A stretch of 64,000 nucleotides of DNA, taken from the sequence record NC_014467.1; one strand, given 5' to 3'. Origin of the DNA: Escherichia phage RB16. Below, piece by piece: positions 7,903 to 18,073 of the stretch. Under the pieces are notes generated by a model. The model was given only the letters and a program-made list of their open reading frames with translations, had not been told where the DNA came from and made no database searches. The position numbers and the translations under genes were made by a program. The stretch's first letter is position 1. The number at the start of each line of letters is the position of its first letter.

Positions 7903-8457
7903 ATGTTATTCTCGTTCTTTCCACCAGTTGATTACAAAGGCACACCGACTACTGATATTTTTCGGGATTATCGTTTTTACTTTAATCGCGTTATCAGAAA
8001 TTATAAGCCACGTACTTATCAACTGACCGGATCACTAAGACCCGAACAATTAGCTGAAACGCTATACGGAAACCAACAATATTATTGGGTTATCCTGATG
8101 CTCAATGATAACTATGACCCGTTTTACGGATGGATTACAGATCAGGAAACCGCTTATCAATGCGCGGTGCAGCGTTATTCAAAAGTAGGTGGTGAACAGG
8201 TTCTTTATCATATGGATGGGAAAAACAACCGATATTACAATCTGGTTGAAGATCCTAACAACCCTGGTCATTGGTATGACAAAGGTGATAAAGATATGCG
8301 GTATTTGCAATATCAAGGAACATTAGTCCCTATTGATATTTATGAAGATGCAGTGTTGAAAAATGAATCAATGCGAACCATCAAAATTATTAACCCTTCG
8401 GATATTCAATCGTTTGTAAGCGATTATATCAAGGAAATGGAAAAGGCGAATCTATGA
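7903..8457 (+). CDS. 53: gp53 baseplate wedge subunit
   Basis: 184 aa, immediately upstream of gp5 with 4-nt overlap. Confidence 0.8.
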   Translation: MLFSFFPPVDYKGTPTTDIFRDYRFYFNRVIRNYKPRTYQLTGSLRPEQLAETLYGNQQYYWVILMLNDNYDPFYGWITDQETAYQCAVQRYSKVGGEQVLYHMDGKNNRYYNLVEDPNNPGHWYDKGDKDMRYLQYQGTLVPIDIYEDAVLKNESMRTIKIINPSDIQSFVSDYIKEMEKANL

Positions 8458-10220
8458 AATTCGGTGGAAATATGCATTCCCCTTTCTTTGAGGGGGTGGT
8501 CGAAAACGTTGATGATCCTCGTCTACTGGGGCGTGTTCAGGTGCGTGTATTTGGTGAGCATCCGGCACAGAAACAAAAATCTGAAACTATCGGTATTCCG
8601 GTTGAGGAATTGCCGTGGATGATGCCTATTCAGGATATTCGCAGCGCCGCTATTTCCGGTGTTGGTTTTTCTCCGACTGGTATTACGCGCGGTAGTTTCG
8701 TTATCGGTTACTGGCGCGATAAATGGCACCAGGACGGCGTTATACTGGGAACCTTTGCTGGTGAGTACCGAGAGAAACCGGACACCCAGAAAGGCTTCTG
8801 TGACCCGTTTGGTGAGTATCCTCGTTATGTAGGTAACGATGTCAACGTACTGGCTCGCGGTGGTGCAGAAGGACGCGGTTCTTCAAGCGTGATTATTCGT
8901 GATGCTAACAGTTCGTTAGCTGTCAATCCAGATGATCGCCCACTTGATGAGATTCCAGAAGATAACCGACCTGATACTGGTGGGTTTACGATAGAAAAAA
9001 TGATCCGTGGTGATGAAGGTATTAGATTGACGTGGTATTATGATGTTAAAGGTTATACCATCGGGATCGGACACTTTTTCTTAACCGCACCACAAGGAAC
9101 AGACCCAGCAGTTGTTAACGCGGCGTTATCTAGACAAATTGGCAGAACGGTTACTGGTGTTCCTGGATCAATCACTGCTGATGAAGCGAGTGTTTTATTT
9201 CAGCAGGATTTAGCTAAAGTTCATAACGATATTCAGAATAATAGCAAAGTTCGGGAAGTGTATGTGACGTTAAACCGTCCTCGTCAAATGGCTATTGAAA
9301 ATATGTGCTTCCAAATGGGCGTTGGCGGTGTCGCCAAATTTACTAATGCTCTGGCTGCTATGAAGCGTCAGGACTGGAAAACCGCTTACAACGAACTGCG
9401 AAACTCTACATGGGCTAACCAGACGCCAGGACGTTCTTCACGCGTATCTAAAATCGTGCTGACGGGCAACCTTGAATCATACGGTGTTCAGGTTCCAGAT
9501 CCAGAAGGACGTTCATTGAGTGCTGCTTATAATGCGGTGGTTCTGCAAACAAGCAACCCAGAAGATCCTTTTGTTCCTGGTGATACCCGCGTAATGTTCG
9601 AGGAACCTAAATCGGCATACGCTGCTGAATATCCATACAACATGGTATTCGAATCCCGTTCTGGACACATTCAGGAATTCGACGACACCCCAGGCTTTGA
9701 GCGTTACAACCGCGTTCACCCAGCAGGATCATACGAAGAAATTCGTCCTGATGGAACCCGTGTTGTTAAAATCGTTGGTGATGATTATCTGATTGTTCAA
9801 CAGGGAAGAAAGGTAAACATCAAAGGTAATTTACAAGTAGTGATCGAAGGTGATGCGTTCATTTACAATATGGGTAACGTTCAACAGACTGTCGATGGAA
9901 ACGTAACTGAGTTCGTGCGCGGTAACGTAAACCAGACTGTCGAGGGTGAATATGTTGGGCGTATCAAAGGTAACGCAGAATTAACCGTCGAAAAAGATGC
10001 TACTGTAAACGTGGATCAGAATTTAATGGCTAACGTTAAACAGAATGCAACTGTTAACGTAACCGAAGATGCAACTGTTACCGCAAAAAATGCGATGATG
10101 GATATTGAACAAGACTTCGATTTAAACGCGAACAATATCACAATGGTTGCCCGACAAAATACACTAATCGATTCCGGTTCTCTGACTAAGATTACTGGCG
10201 GGACAGTCCAGGTAGGTTAA
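8454..10220 (+). CDS. 5: gp5 baseplate hub subunit and tail lysozyme
   Basis: Central T4-lysozyme-like domain (EGIRLTWYYDVKGYTIGIGHF...FQMGVGGVAKFTN...WANQTPGRSSRV) and C-terminal beta-helix repeats (VNQTVEGEYVG, NATVNVTEDATV). Confidence 0.95.
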   Translation: MKFGGNMHSPFFEGVVENVDDPRLLGRVQVRVFGEHPAQKQKSETIGIPVEELPWMMPIQDIRSAAISGVGFSPTGITRGSFVIGYWRDKWHQDGVILGTFAGEYREKPDTQKGFCDPFGEYPRYVGNDVNVLARGGAEGRGSSSVIIRDANSSLAVNPDDRPLDEIPEDNRPDTGGFTIEKMIRGDEGIRLTWYYDVKGYTIGIGHFFLTAPQGTDPAVVNAALSRQIGRTVTGVPGSITADEASVLFQQDLAKVHNDIQNNSKVREVYVTLNRPRQMAIENMCFQMGVGGVAKFTNALAAMKRQDWKTAYNELRNSTWANQTPGRSSRVSKIVLTGNLESYGVQVPDPEGRSLSAAYNAVVLQTSNPEDPFVPGDTRVMFEEPKSAYAAEYPYNMVFESRSGHIQEFDDTPGFERYNRVHPAGSYEEIRPDGTRVVKIVGDDYLIVQQGRKVNIKGNLQVVIEGDAFIYNMGNVQQTVDGNVTEFVRGNVNQTVEGEYVGRIKGNAELTVEKDATVNVDQNLMANVKQNATVNVTEDATVTAKNAMMDIEQDFDLNANNITMVARQNTLIDSGSLTKITGGTVQVG

Positions 10221-10222
10221 TC

Positions 10223-12295
10223 ATGATCATGGATTATGAATCCATCATTGATGGAATTATGCAAGATTTTCAGCATCCATGTGATGCTGAAATACCTGCT
10301 GGATCGTACAGACGTATTATCTGGCAGGGACATACAGAAGACTACCCCGCTGTCGGGGTAGAATGGGATACTGAAATAATTCCGATCGGGGCGCATCTTT
10401 ACACACAATCCCCTTTCGGACAGAAAAGCGATCCGCTTCCGGTAGTTAACTCCCCTGGAACCGATCCAGGAACTGGGGAAGCAACTGGGATTCTTGTAGA
10501 AAAGATAGGTTATTATTTCGCCACACAACAGGAGATTGATGACTATATCACTTCTATCGGGGCAACAAAACTAACTGGTAATGATTGGTACGGCGCGGAT
10601 CTGACAAAAGCAAACCTGTATAAAAACCCTGGGGAACTCGCGATGTATAAGGTCGAGAACTCTGGAGGTTATTTGCTTACTTCTGGCCCACGTTGCGATC
10701 AACGCATCAGACAGGCATATAATGAGGACACAGGCGCGTTTACAAGCATTGATTACTATTGGAATGGTAATCGTATTGCCTACATGAAACACGACGACAC
10801 AGGGGCGCACAATTGCAAATACGTGGGTATGGTGGTTAACACCAACGCCGACACAAGCATTCCCCCTGTACCTCCGGCTATGCCGTCAATTTACGGGGCA
10901 TTGCCTAGCGAAATTTCAATGATGCGCTCCGGTTTGGGTTGTCTTCCTGCAACGGTAGGTTTTGCGTACACGAATATCAGTGATGCAATGCTATCCGCAT
11001 GGAACGAAACGCGCAAGTCGTTTAAGCTCGTGTTTGATATGCTTACGGGTATCACTAAAACGGGTTCCGGTGGTATCTCCACGATGTACGATGGTTTGTC
11101 TATCGCAATGGAGGAAATCACAGCAGGTGCTCTTGCGTTGTCACAGCAAGCATGGCAAGCCGCAATTAAGGTGTTCAAAGATATTATGTCTTCTGCGTTA
11201 AACATCGTAGGTGGTGCGTGGAACATGATAAAGAGTTTTTTACCGACTGTTACGATTCTGGGTGTTTCAATAAACATCTATGATTTGATTTTTGGTGATA
11301 ACTCAGTACAGACACTGAAAGATTCATTCCAAGCGATCATTGATGCTGGTACAGAAACCTATGAGAACGTCATAAACGCAATATACAGCGCTATAGGCAG
11401 TGCATACAATTATACCGTTGAATATGTCAAGGCTGGCGCTCGCGACCTCGTGGATGCTTGCAGTACGCTTTTTGACTGGTGTATTACCATGTTTCAGAAT
11501 GGTTGTGTTGCTCTGGTGGATCTGTACGGACGAATAATGCAAATCTGGGCTATGCCTCCAACGGTTCCAAACCCTTTATGGGCTGCTGTTCTGGCTATCC
11601 GTAACATTATGATGCAAATCAAACCGCTTGATGTGATCCTGGGTGGAAACTTCCCTGGGTTTACGGCAATGGATTTGTACCAAATGGCACAGGAGAAGGT
11701 GAAAGAGTTTATCGATCAGTCGTATGCGCAAATACGCGTGTATTATGATCAGGTTAAGGATCTGTATAACACACTGACTACACAGACACAAGAAAGGGAT
11801 GCGATTAAACGCAAGTTCGATCAATACCTAAACTGGATGTGGGAACCTGTAAAGGAAGCAACGACTGCTGCTTATCAGGCTGCACTTGATGCCGCTAACG
11901 CTGCTGTGAATGCGACTAAGGCCGCATATGAGGGAATCAAAGCACAGATTGCTAATCTGCAAAATGGGATGAAAGACACCTACAGCATGGCAATGGCTGA
12001 ACTCAAGAAACTGCCTGTAATGGCTCAGATTAACCAGTTCTTAGGTTACTGTGGGGTTGCATTCGATGACCTGTTAAAAACGTATGAGAACGCGCTGACG
12101 GGCGCACAATCGCTATATAAAAACTTTGTTGACAGTTCCCGCTCGTTTAAGGACACATGCAAGGTGATTTATAACCAGATTTGTACGCTTGCTCTAAGTA
12201 AGGTAACTCAATACGTAAACAAATTATTGTCATTAATCGGACTCGCGATCACATTCGGTTCAATTAGTGTTTGCGTCCCTATGGTTCAATACTAA
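10223..12295 (+). CDS. large hypothetical protein (690 aa) directly after gp5; candidate spike-tip/baseplate-associated protein
   Basis: Long uninterrupted ORF, start 3 nt after gp5 stop; N-terminal region with His/Cys and P-A-x-G-like repeats, long helical/hydrophobic C-terminal part; no recognisable T4 counterpart. Confidence 0.7.
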   Translation: MIMDYESIIDGIMQDFQHPCDAEIPAGSYRRIIWQGHTEDYPAVGVEWDTEIIPIGAHLYTQSPFGQKSDPLPVVNSPGTDPGTGEATGILVEKIGYYFATQQEIDDYITSIGATKLTGNDWYGADLTKANLYKNPGELAMYKVENSGGYLLTSGPRCDQRIRQAYNEDTGAFTSIDYYWNGNRIAYMKHDDTGAHNCKYVGMVVNTNADTSIPPVPPAMPSIYGALPSEISMMRSGLGCLPATVGFAYTNISDAMLSAWNETRKSFKLVFDMLTGITKTGSGGISTMYDGLSIAMEEITAGALALSQQAWQAAIKVFKDIMSSALNIVGGAWNMIKSFLPTVTILGVSINIYDLIFGDNSVQTLKDSFQAIIDAGTETYENVINAIYSAIGSAYNYTVEYVKAGARDLVDACSTLFDWCITMFQNGCVALVDLYGRIMQIWAMPPTVPNPLWAAVLAIRNIMMQIKPLDVILGGNFPGFTAMDLYQMAQEKVKEFIDQSYAQIRVYYDQVKDLYNTLTTQTQERDAIKRKFDQYLNWMWEPVKEATTAAYQAALDAANAAVNATKAAYEGIKAQIANLQNGMKDTYSMAMAELKKLPVMAQINQFLGYCGVAFDDLLKTYENALTGAQSLYKNFVDSSRSFKDTCKVIYNQICTLALSKVTQYVNKLLSLIGLAITFGSISVCVPMVQY

Positions 12296-12318
12296 ATACC
12301 CGATAACGAGGGGTAATA

Positions 12319-12996
12319 ATGAATTACGATAGGATATATAAAGCTCTTATAGATAAGCGGAGGAAAACTCCGCTTAAAGACGGATATAAGGAACATCATC
12401 ACATCATTCCTAAATCTATGGGCGGTAGTGATGATTTTGATAATATGGTGTATTTGACAGCGAGAGAACATTTCGTTGCGCATCTTTTACTCGCTCGTAT
12501 ACATGGTGGTAAGATGTGGTTTGCTGTTGCTATGATGTGTGGGCGTGGATCAAGTAGCGCGAAAGGCGTTGTCCCTACTTCTCGAATATATGAGTTAGCC
12601 AAAAAACGGGTAGCCAATGAAAGAAGTATATTGTTTTCTGGGAAATTACATCCATTATACGGAAAGCCTTGTACAGAACAACGAAGAAAACGCATAGCTG
12701 AAGGACGTAAAGGGAAAACGCATACTCAGGAAACGAAACAGAAAATGTCTGAATCGAAGAAAGGATATAAACATACTCAGGAGACGAAACAGAAAATGTC
12801 TGAGTCACGGAAGAGACAAACACCTCCTACTCTGGGTAAAAAGTTACCTTCTCCATCAATCGAAAAAAGAAAGAAACTTAGTGAGGCTATTAAAAATCAG
12901 CCAATCATCAAATGTCCATATTGCGGGTTAGAAAGTAACAGCAAAGGAAATATGGTGAGGTTTCATTTCGACAACTGCAAATATAGGAAACCATGA
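12319..12996 (+). CDS. HNH homing endonuclease with tandem NUMOD3-like DNA-binding motifs
   Basis: HNH core EHHHIIPKSMGGSDDFDNMVYLTAREHFVAH; repeats GKTHTQETKQKMSESKKG / YKHTQETKQKMSESRKR; C-terminal CPYCG zinc finger. Confidence 0.85.
   Translation: MNYDRIYKALIDKRRKTPLKDGYKEHHHIIPKSMGGSDDFDNMVYLTAREHFVAHLLLARIHGGKMWFAVAMMCGRGSSSAKGVVPTSRIYELAKKRVANERSILFSGKLHPLYGKPCTEQRRKRIAEGRKGKTHTQETKQKMSESKKGYKHTQETKQKMSESRKRQTPPTLGKKLPSPSIEKRKKLSEAIKNQPIIKCPYCGLESNSKGNMVRFHFDNCKYRKP
12721..12815 (+). repeat. tandem direct repeat (about 51 bp x2) encoding the NUMOD3 motifs
   Basis: CATACTCAGGAAACGAAACAGAAAATGTCTGAATC... repeated with few substitutions. Confidence 0.7.
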
Positions 12997-14909
12997 TGGC
13001 TACAACTCGTAAGCAAATTAATCAGATCCCCGATATCTTTGTCGGGGCTACTTTTGACGAAATCAAATCTGACTTAATCAACTGGCTCCGAGGTCAGGAC
13101 GAATTCAAGGATTATGATTTCTCCGGCTCGCGCATGAACGTACTTGTGGATCTGTTATCATACTGTACACTGTACATTCAGCAAATGAGTAACACCGCAC
13201 TGTTCGAATCGTTTATTCGTACCGCTGCATTGCGTAGTTCTGTTGTCCAACAGGCTCAGGATTTGGGCTATATGCCGGACTCCCGTACCGCTGCAAATAC
13301 TGCGATCCTGATCACTGCGAAGAACCCACTGAACCCGACATCGATCCGTATTCCACGCGGTACGAAATTCATTGGTACAGTGAAAGAAACAAACAGTTTC
13401 CCGTTCGTCGTATCCGATGACGTGGTGATTGTTCGTGATAAAGACAATAACTATGTTTCGATGTTGAACATCGTACAGGGGCGTTTAGTCCGTACCGAAG
13501 TCATCTTTGATGGTTCTACGATCCTGATTCGAGATCCTAACATCGACCGTAGTCAGGTTCGCGTTACTGTCAACGGCGCTCAATGGGATGACTGGACAAA
13601 CGAAAGTATCGTAAACGCAACGGGCGCATCAACAATTTTCTACATGCGTGAAACTGTGGATGGACATACCGAAGTTTACTTTGGTGAAGGTGAAACCAGC
13701 CAACAGGTCGCAGGTGGTGCTCTGACTGCGGATTACATCGGTGGCTTGAAACCTGCAAACGGTTCAACCGTTGTTATTGAATATATTTCAACCAACGGCG
13801 AAGAAGCAAACGGTGCTGAAAACTTTGTCTACGTGGATACGTTGACAAACATTAGCATTACGAATATTGTTGAGAACCCGACTGATTCAGCGGACTATGT
13901 AGGCGCTGATGGTGGTGGTGAACCGGAAGATATCGAACGTATTCGTGAACTCGCGCCTATTATGCGTGAGACACAGCGCCGTTGTGTTACTGCATCGGAT
14001 TATGAATCGTTCCTGTCTCACCGTTTCGGTTCTGTTATTCAGGCGGTTCAGTGCTTTACTGATAAAGAAAAACCTGGCTATGCGTTCATCGCTGTTAAAC
14101 CGAAATCAGGGTTGCGCTTAACCTCTGTTCAAAAAGAGGACATGCAAAACTATCTGGCGAAGTATAACCTGGCGACTATTACGCCGTCTATCCTTGACCC
14201 GAACTACCTGTATATTGTACAAAGCGTTAAAGTAACGTATGATATCAGTAAGTTGATCGAGTCTGAGGAATGGTTGCGTGGTCAAGTAATCAATGAAATT
14301 GACAGATACTACACAGATAACGTTGAAATTTTCAACAAATCTTTCAGTAAATCCAAGATGTTGACTTATGTTGATAACGCGGACGTGTCGATCATTGGTT
14401 CTTCTGCGACTATTCAGCTATTGCGTGAACTGGATAACTATTACAGCGCCCCGATGTCTGGTATTCACTTCTTAAACCAGGTGAAATCACGTTCTGTTGT
14501 TTCGAATGGGTTCAAGTACACAAATGCTGCTGGTGATTCGTATGATGTGCGCTATGCGTCAACAGATATGAACACCACGACCGGACTCGCGAAAATGGTT
14601 ATCGGGCCATTCAAAAACGGTGATATCGGTATCGCAGCCTATACAGGAAACGATTTTGATAAATATCCTGGAGTAACCGATCGTGATAAATATTACGAAG
14701 TCGGCTATGTGGAACATTTTAATGATTTCATTAGTTTCGATCTTGGTGTCCTGAACGTTCCATCCGAGCGATTCAGCGCTGCTTACATCGAACTGACTGG
14801 TACACCTCTGGAAGAGAACATTTTCACCCGTGATGGTTCTCTGATTGTATTTGAAAACGATCTACGTCCTCAATATACAACGTTGACGATGAATCCAATC
14901 AGTCAATAA
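12993..14909 (+). CDS. 6: gp6 baseplate wedge subunit
   Basis: N-terminus IPDIFVGATFDEIKSDLINWLRGQDEFKDYDFSGSRMNVL and internal ADGGGEPEDIERIRE match T4 gp6 as I recall it; 638 aa. Confidence 0.9.
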   Translation: MMATTRKQINQIPDIFVGATFDEIKSDLINWLRGQDEFKDYDFSGSRMNVLVDLLSYCTLYIQQMSNTALFESFIRTAALRSSVVQQAQDLGYMPDSRTAANTAILITAKNPLNPTSIRIPRGTKFIGTVKETNSFPFVVSDDVVIVRDKDNNYVSMLNIVQGRLVRTEVIFDGSTILIRDPNIDRSQVRVTVNGAQWDDWTNESIVNATGASTIFYMRETVDGHTEVYFGEGETSQQVAGGALTADYIGGLKPANGSTVVIEYISTNGEEANGAENFVYVDTLTNISITNIVENPTDSADYVGADGGGEPEDIERIRELAPIMRETQRRCVTASDYESFLSHRFGSVIQAVQCFTDKEKPGYAFIAVKPKSGLRLTSVQKEDMQNYLAKYNLATITPSILDPNYLYIVQSVKVTYDISKLIESEEWLRGQVINEIDRYYTDNVEIFNKSFSKSKMLTYVDNADVSIIGSSATIQLLRELDNYYSAPMSGIHFLNQVKSRSVVSNGFKYTNAAGDSYDVRYASTDMNTTTGLAKMVIGPFKNGDIGIAAYTGNDFDKYPGVTDRDKYYEVGYVEHFNDFISFDLGVLNVPSERFSAAYIELTGTPLEENIFTRDGSLIVFENDLRPQYTTLTMNPISQ

Positions 14910-14914
14910 TTTAC

Positions 14915-14944
14915 AACCCCTGTCATTTGGCAGGGGTTTTTTGT
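14915..14944 (+). terminator. rho-independent terminator after gp6
   Basis: CCCCTG-tcatttgg-CAGGGG followed by T6. Confidence 0.65.
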
Positions 14945-14989
14945 TTGCTAAATATGGGATATAAGTAAAACGCAAATTTGGAGAAACAT

Positions 14990-17900
14990 ATGATTAAAGC
15001 GCCGTCAATTACCAGTTTGCGCGTTGATAAACTGGCTGCTAACTTCGTTTATTTGAAGTGGGATAGCGTCGGCATGGATTTTTACTATGTCGTGGAAATG
15101 GCTGAAACTCGCGGTGCGGGTGGTGCTGTGATTCCAGATGCGGATCTAACATGGTTCCAGTTGGGCTATGCGTATGTGAACGAATGGTTCTCTACTGCTG
15201 TGCAACCGGATAGCTTTTACAAATTCCGTATTAAGGTTACACATCAGGGATTTGAACCGTCTGATTGGGTTTACAGTGATGAACTCTGGACATTCACCCT
15301 TAACGCCTACGCATATTCAACCATGCGCGAATTTACACCAAGTGACGCATTTATAAACGAAAAATTCGCAAAGAACAATCAGAATTACGTGAATTTTAAT
15401 ACAGATGTGGTAATGGCAGCGTTGATGAAAGAAGACTTTGTGTTTTCTCCACTGTACACTGACGTATCCCAGATTAGTGATAAGATTCTTACACAGGAAA
15501 ACTATCACGAGATCCAGGATCACATTGAACACGTTTGTAATGACATTAACAGAACTTTTCTGGTAGCGTCAAACGGTTTGTTATATCTGTTTGAACGTTT
15601 TCAGAACATGGCTAAGGTATCCAATGACAAGGGGCAAACATGGCATTACTACAAGGCGTTTAACGACCGCGTAGGAAACCCCGTATCGCGTTCTGTCGCG
15701 TACCAAAGCACAAACACAACATATGTACTGGGTTACGACCGGATCTTCTACGGGCGCACCTCAACGGATATTCGCTGGTCTGCTGACGATGTGCGATTCT
15801 CTGCTGACGATATCATCTTTGCAAAACTGGGGAACCAGACAGGGTTAGATTTTGATGTTGACTCATACAATACCTTTGCAAAACTTCCTGGTGATGTATC
15901 GAAATATGCAGAAGCAATGGCATGTTCCGACGATTGGCTTTATGTTGCAGCGAAAAACATAGTTCGTCGTATTGCTCTGAAACAAACACCGATCGACACC
16001 GATCCGAGTTCTCCAACTTTTGGGGAAAAGATTTTCGACGAAACAAGCTATACCATTGTTCCAGGCAATGATAAAATTGTTGTTAAGAAAATGGATGTGA
16101 TGGACAGCAAACTTTACGTGCTCGTTACAGGCGAAGTTAAAGTTGCTCTGCAAGATCCAACAAAACCGGAAAACGTAGTTCCTTCTGTTGATTCTGGTGT
16201 GTATCAGTGGCAAGAAGACACTAAAACCTTTGTGCGCCTGTATGGGAACACTGAGGAAGAACGTTTCTTCATTGAACATGAATACACCAATATGTCAACA
16301 AACGGAAAAGAAATTTATATTTCTGTTGCCAACTACAAATACCCAGGAACTTTGCCAGATCCTGAACTGCTGATAACTAATCCTGAATTGGTTGCTGCTG
16401 TTAAGTATGATTTGCGTCCTGGCTATACTGCTAGTCTGTCTATCAACTTTGCTACTATTCGAGCAAATATTGATGATCCGACCGTGTGGAAATTCGGCGC
16501 ACAGGAATACTACAACGAGGCAAATTATAGCTGGTTCTTCCGTGATTCTGTTCGTACATGGATCACGAATGATAACCGTCCGTTGGTTGTGTATCCGAAA
16601 ATTGTATATGAAATGGTAACTGATACCGCTGGACCTTCTTCTACGTTGCGCGTCAACAAAGAGGTGTGGGATCGTGGACATGTTACAATTTACATTAACA
16701 ACATTAAATTTACCGGATTTACCAAATACACTAACGGTGTGTTGTTGTATAAAAGTTCTGGTGAAATTATCGGGTTCTTTGAACTGAGTTACCGCGCTCG
16801 TGATAGCCTTACGATTTTCTGGAAACCAGATAACACATTACTGATTGCGGATCTTATTCAGCAGGAAAGGGAACAACCTTATGTACCGGATTTGTCGCCC
16901 GGTTTGATTGATCCTGATTTAAGCCATATGATTACTCGCTTTGCACCACAAAGCTATCTGGATCAGGAATATTTCGAGAAGTTTGGTGAATATTATTTGC
17001 AGTTCGTTTCGTTGGGTGAAAACACCTACTATAACAAATTGCTGAACCTTATCAGGAACAAATATCCACGCGAGAAGAACTGTGTTGAATATTTGTGGTC
17101 GGAAGTAAACCGACGCAATATCTATCTGGATAAAACGAAGCGTGATCAAGTTGTGCGATTCTTTGAATCCCGTGCGAGTGATTTTTACTCCACGAAAGGT
17201 ATCGAGGCAAGTTATAAATTCCTGTTCAAACTGCTGTACAACGAAGACGTATCCGTAGAAATCGAGAGTTCAAACACTCTGGAATATGATATACTGGTTT
17301 CTTCGACTAACATCAGTCAGGACATTGTAGGGCGCACGATTTATACACCAACAGCAAGAGCAAACGTGACATATATCGAACGTGATTATGAAGACGGGCA
17401 ATTGCGATGGTCTATGACTCTGCATAACGTGATCGGTAACTTCCTTGAAGGACAGGTTGTTAAGTCAGAAAAGACTAATTTCACGGGTAGTATTCTGCGT
17501 GGTGTTCGTGGTAAGCAAATGGCGAACAACTCGATCGACTATTTCAACCGTGGGCGTTCATACTACGTGATGAAAATCCGTTCAAACCTTCCGGCTTCTC
17601 GTTATAAAGATGACGTGTTGCGGTTTGTGCATCCGGTAGGTTTTGGCTTTATCGGGATCACTATGCTGACGGTGTTCATTAACTCCGGTTTGTCGATGAC
17701 CCATAGTGAAACAATCATTGATATCCTCCGAAACTATCGCTTTGATAGCGGATATCCTAAGTATTGGCCCGATCGTGTTGCACGTCTTGACGGTAACGGA
17801 AACCAGACATTTGACCTTGTAACAGGTGAAGCATTATATGAACCACACCCTAAAGCGGGGCAACCGTTCGATGTTCCACCACAATATGACATTGATGAAC

Positions 17901-18073
17901 AACCGTTAAACGGTGTTTTGCCGTCTGCGCGTCGATTCGATCAAAGTCCTCTGTTCGATAGTTCAGCGGTTAAATACTCTCAGTTCCGTAACTTAGTGGA
18001 AAAACGATTGAAAGACGATGCGGGTAATCCTCGTGATCCGAATCCACCGACTCAGAGAAAGGTAGGAAAATAA
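14990..18073 (+). CDS. 7: gp7 baseplate wedge initiator
   Basis: About 1027 aa; start placed at MIKAPSITSLRVDKLAAN after a GGAG SD (track ORF starts 4 codons earlier); N-terminus resembles T4 gp7. Confidence 0.9.
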   Translation: MIKAPSITSLRVDKLAANFVYLKWDSVGMDFYYVVEMAETRGAGGAVIPDADLTWFQLGYAYVNEWFSTAVQPDSFYKFRIKVTHQGFEPSDWVYSDELWTFTLNAYAYSTMREFTPSDAFINEKFAKNNQNYVNFNTDVVMAALMKEDFVFSPLYTDVSQISDKILTQENYHEIQDHIEHVCNDINRTFLVASNGLLYLFERFQNMAKVSNDKGQTWHYYKAFNDRVGNPVSRSVAYQSTNTTYVLGYDRIFYGRTSTDIRWSADDVRFSADDIIFAKLGNQTGLDFDVDSYNTFAKLPGDVSKYAEAMACSDDWLYVAAKNIVRRIALKQTPIDTDPSSPTFGEKIFDETSYTIVPGNDKIVVKKMDVMDSKLYVLVTGEVKVALQDPTKPENVVPSVDSGVYQWQEDTKTFVRLYGNTEEERFFIEHEYTNMSTNGKEIYISVANYKYPGTLPDPELLITNPELVAAVKYDLRPGYTASLSINFATIRANIDDPTVWKFGAQEYYNEANYSWFFRDSVRTWITNDNRPLVVYPKIVYEMVTDTAGPSSTLRVNKEVWDRGHVTIYINNIKFTGFTKYTNGVLLYKSSGEIIGFFELSYRARDSLTIFWKPDNTLLIADLIQQEREQPYVPDLSPGLIDPDLSHMITRFAPQSYLDQEYFEKFGEYYLQFVSLGENTYYNKLLNLIRNKYPREKNCVEYLWSEVNRRNIYLDKTKRDQVVRFFESRASDFYSTKGIEASYKFLFKLLYNEDVSVEIESSNTLEYDILVSSTNISQDIVGRTIYTPTARANVTYIERDYEDGQLRWSMTLHNVIGNFLEGQVVKSEKTNFTGSILRGVRGKQMANNSIDYFNRGRSYYVMKIRSNLPASRYKDDVLRFVHPVGFGFIGITMLTVFINSGLSMTHSETIIDILRNYRFDSGYPKYWPDRVARLDGNGNQTFDLVTGEALYEPHPKAGQPFDVPPQYDIDEQPLNGVLPSARRFDQSPLFDSSAVKYSQFRNLVEKRLKDDAGNPRDPNPPTQRKVGK

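Noticed and set aside
12721-12815. Tandem direct repeats considered as a possible CRISPR-like or VNTR array
   Set aside because: Only two units, inside a coding region and encoding duplicated NUMOD3 motifs; there is no repeat-spacer architecture anywhere in the window.
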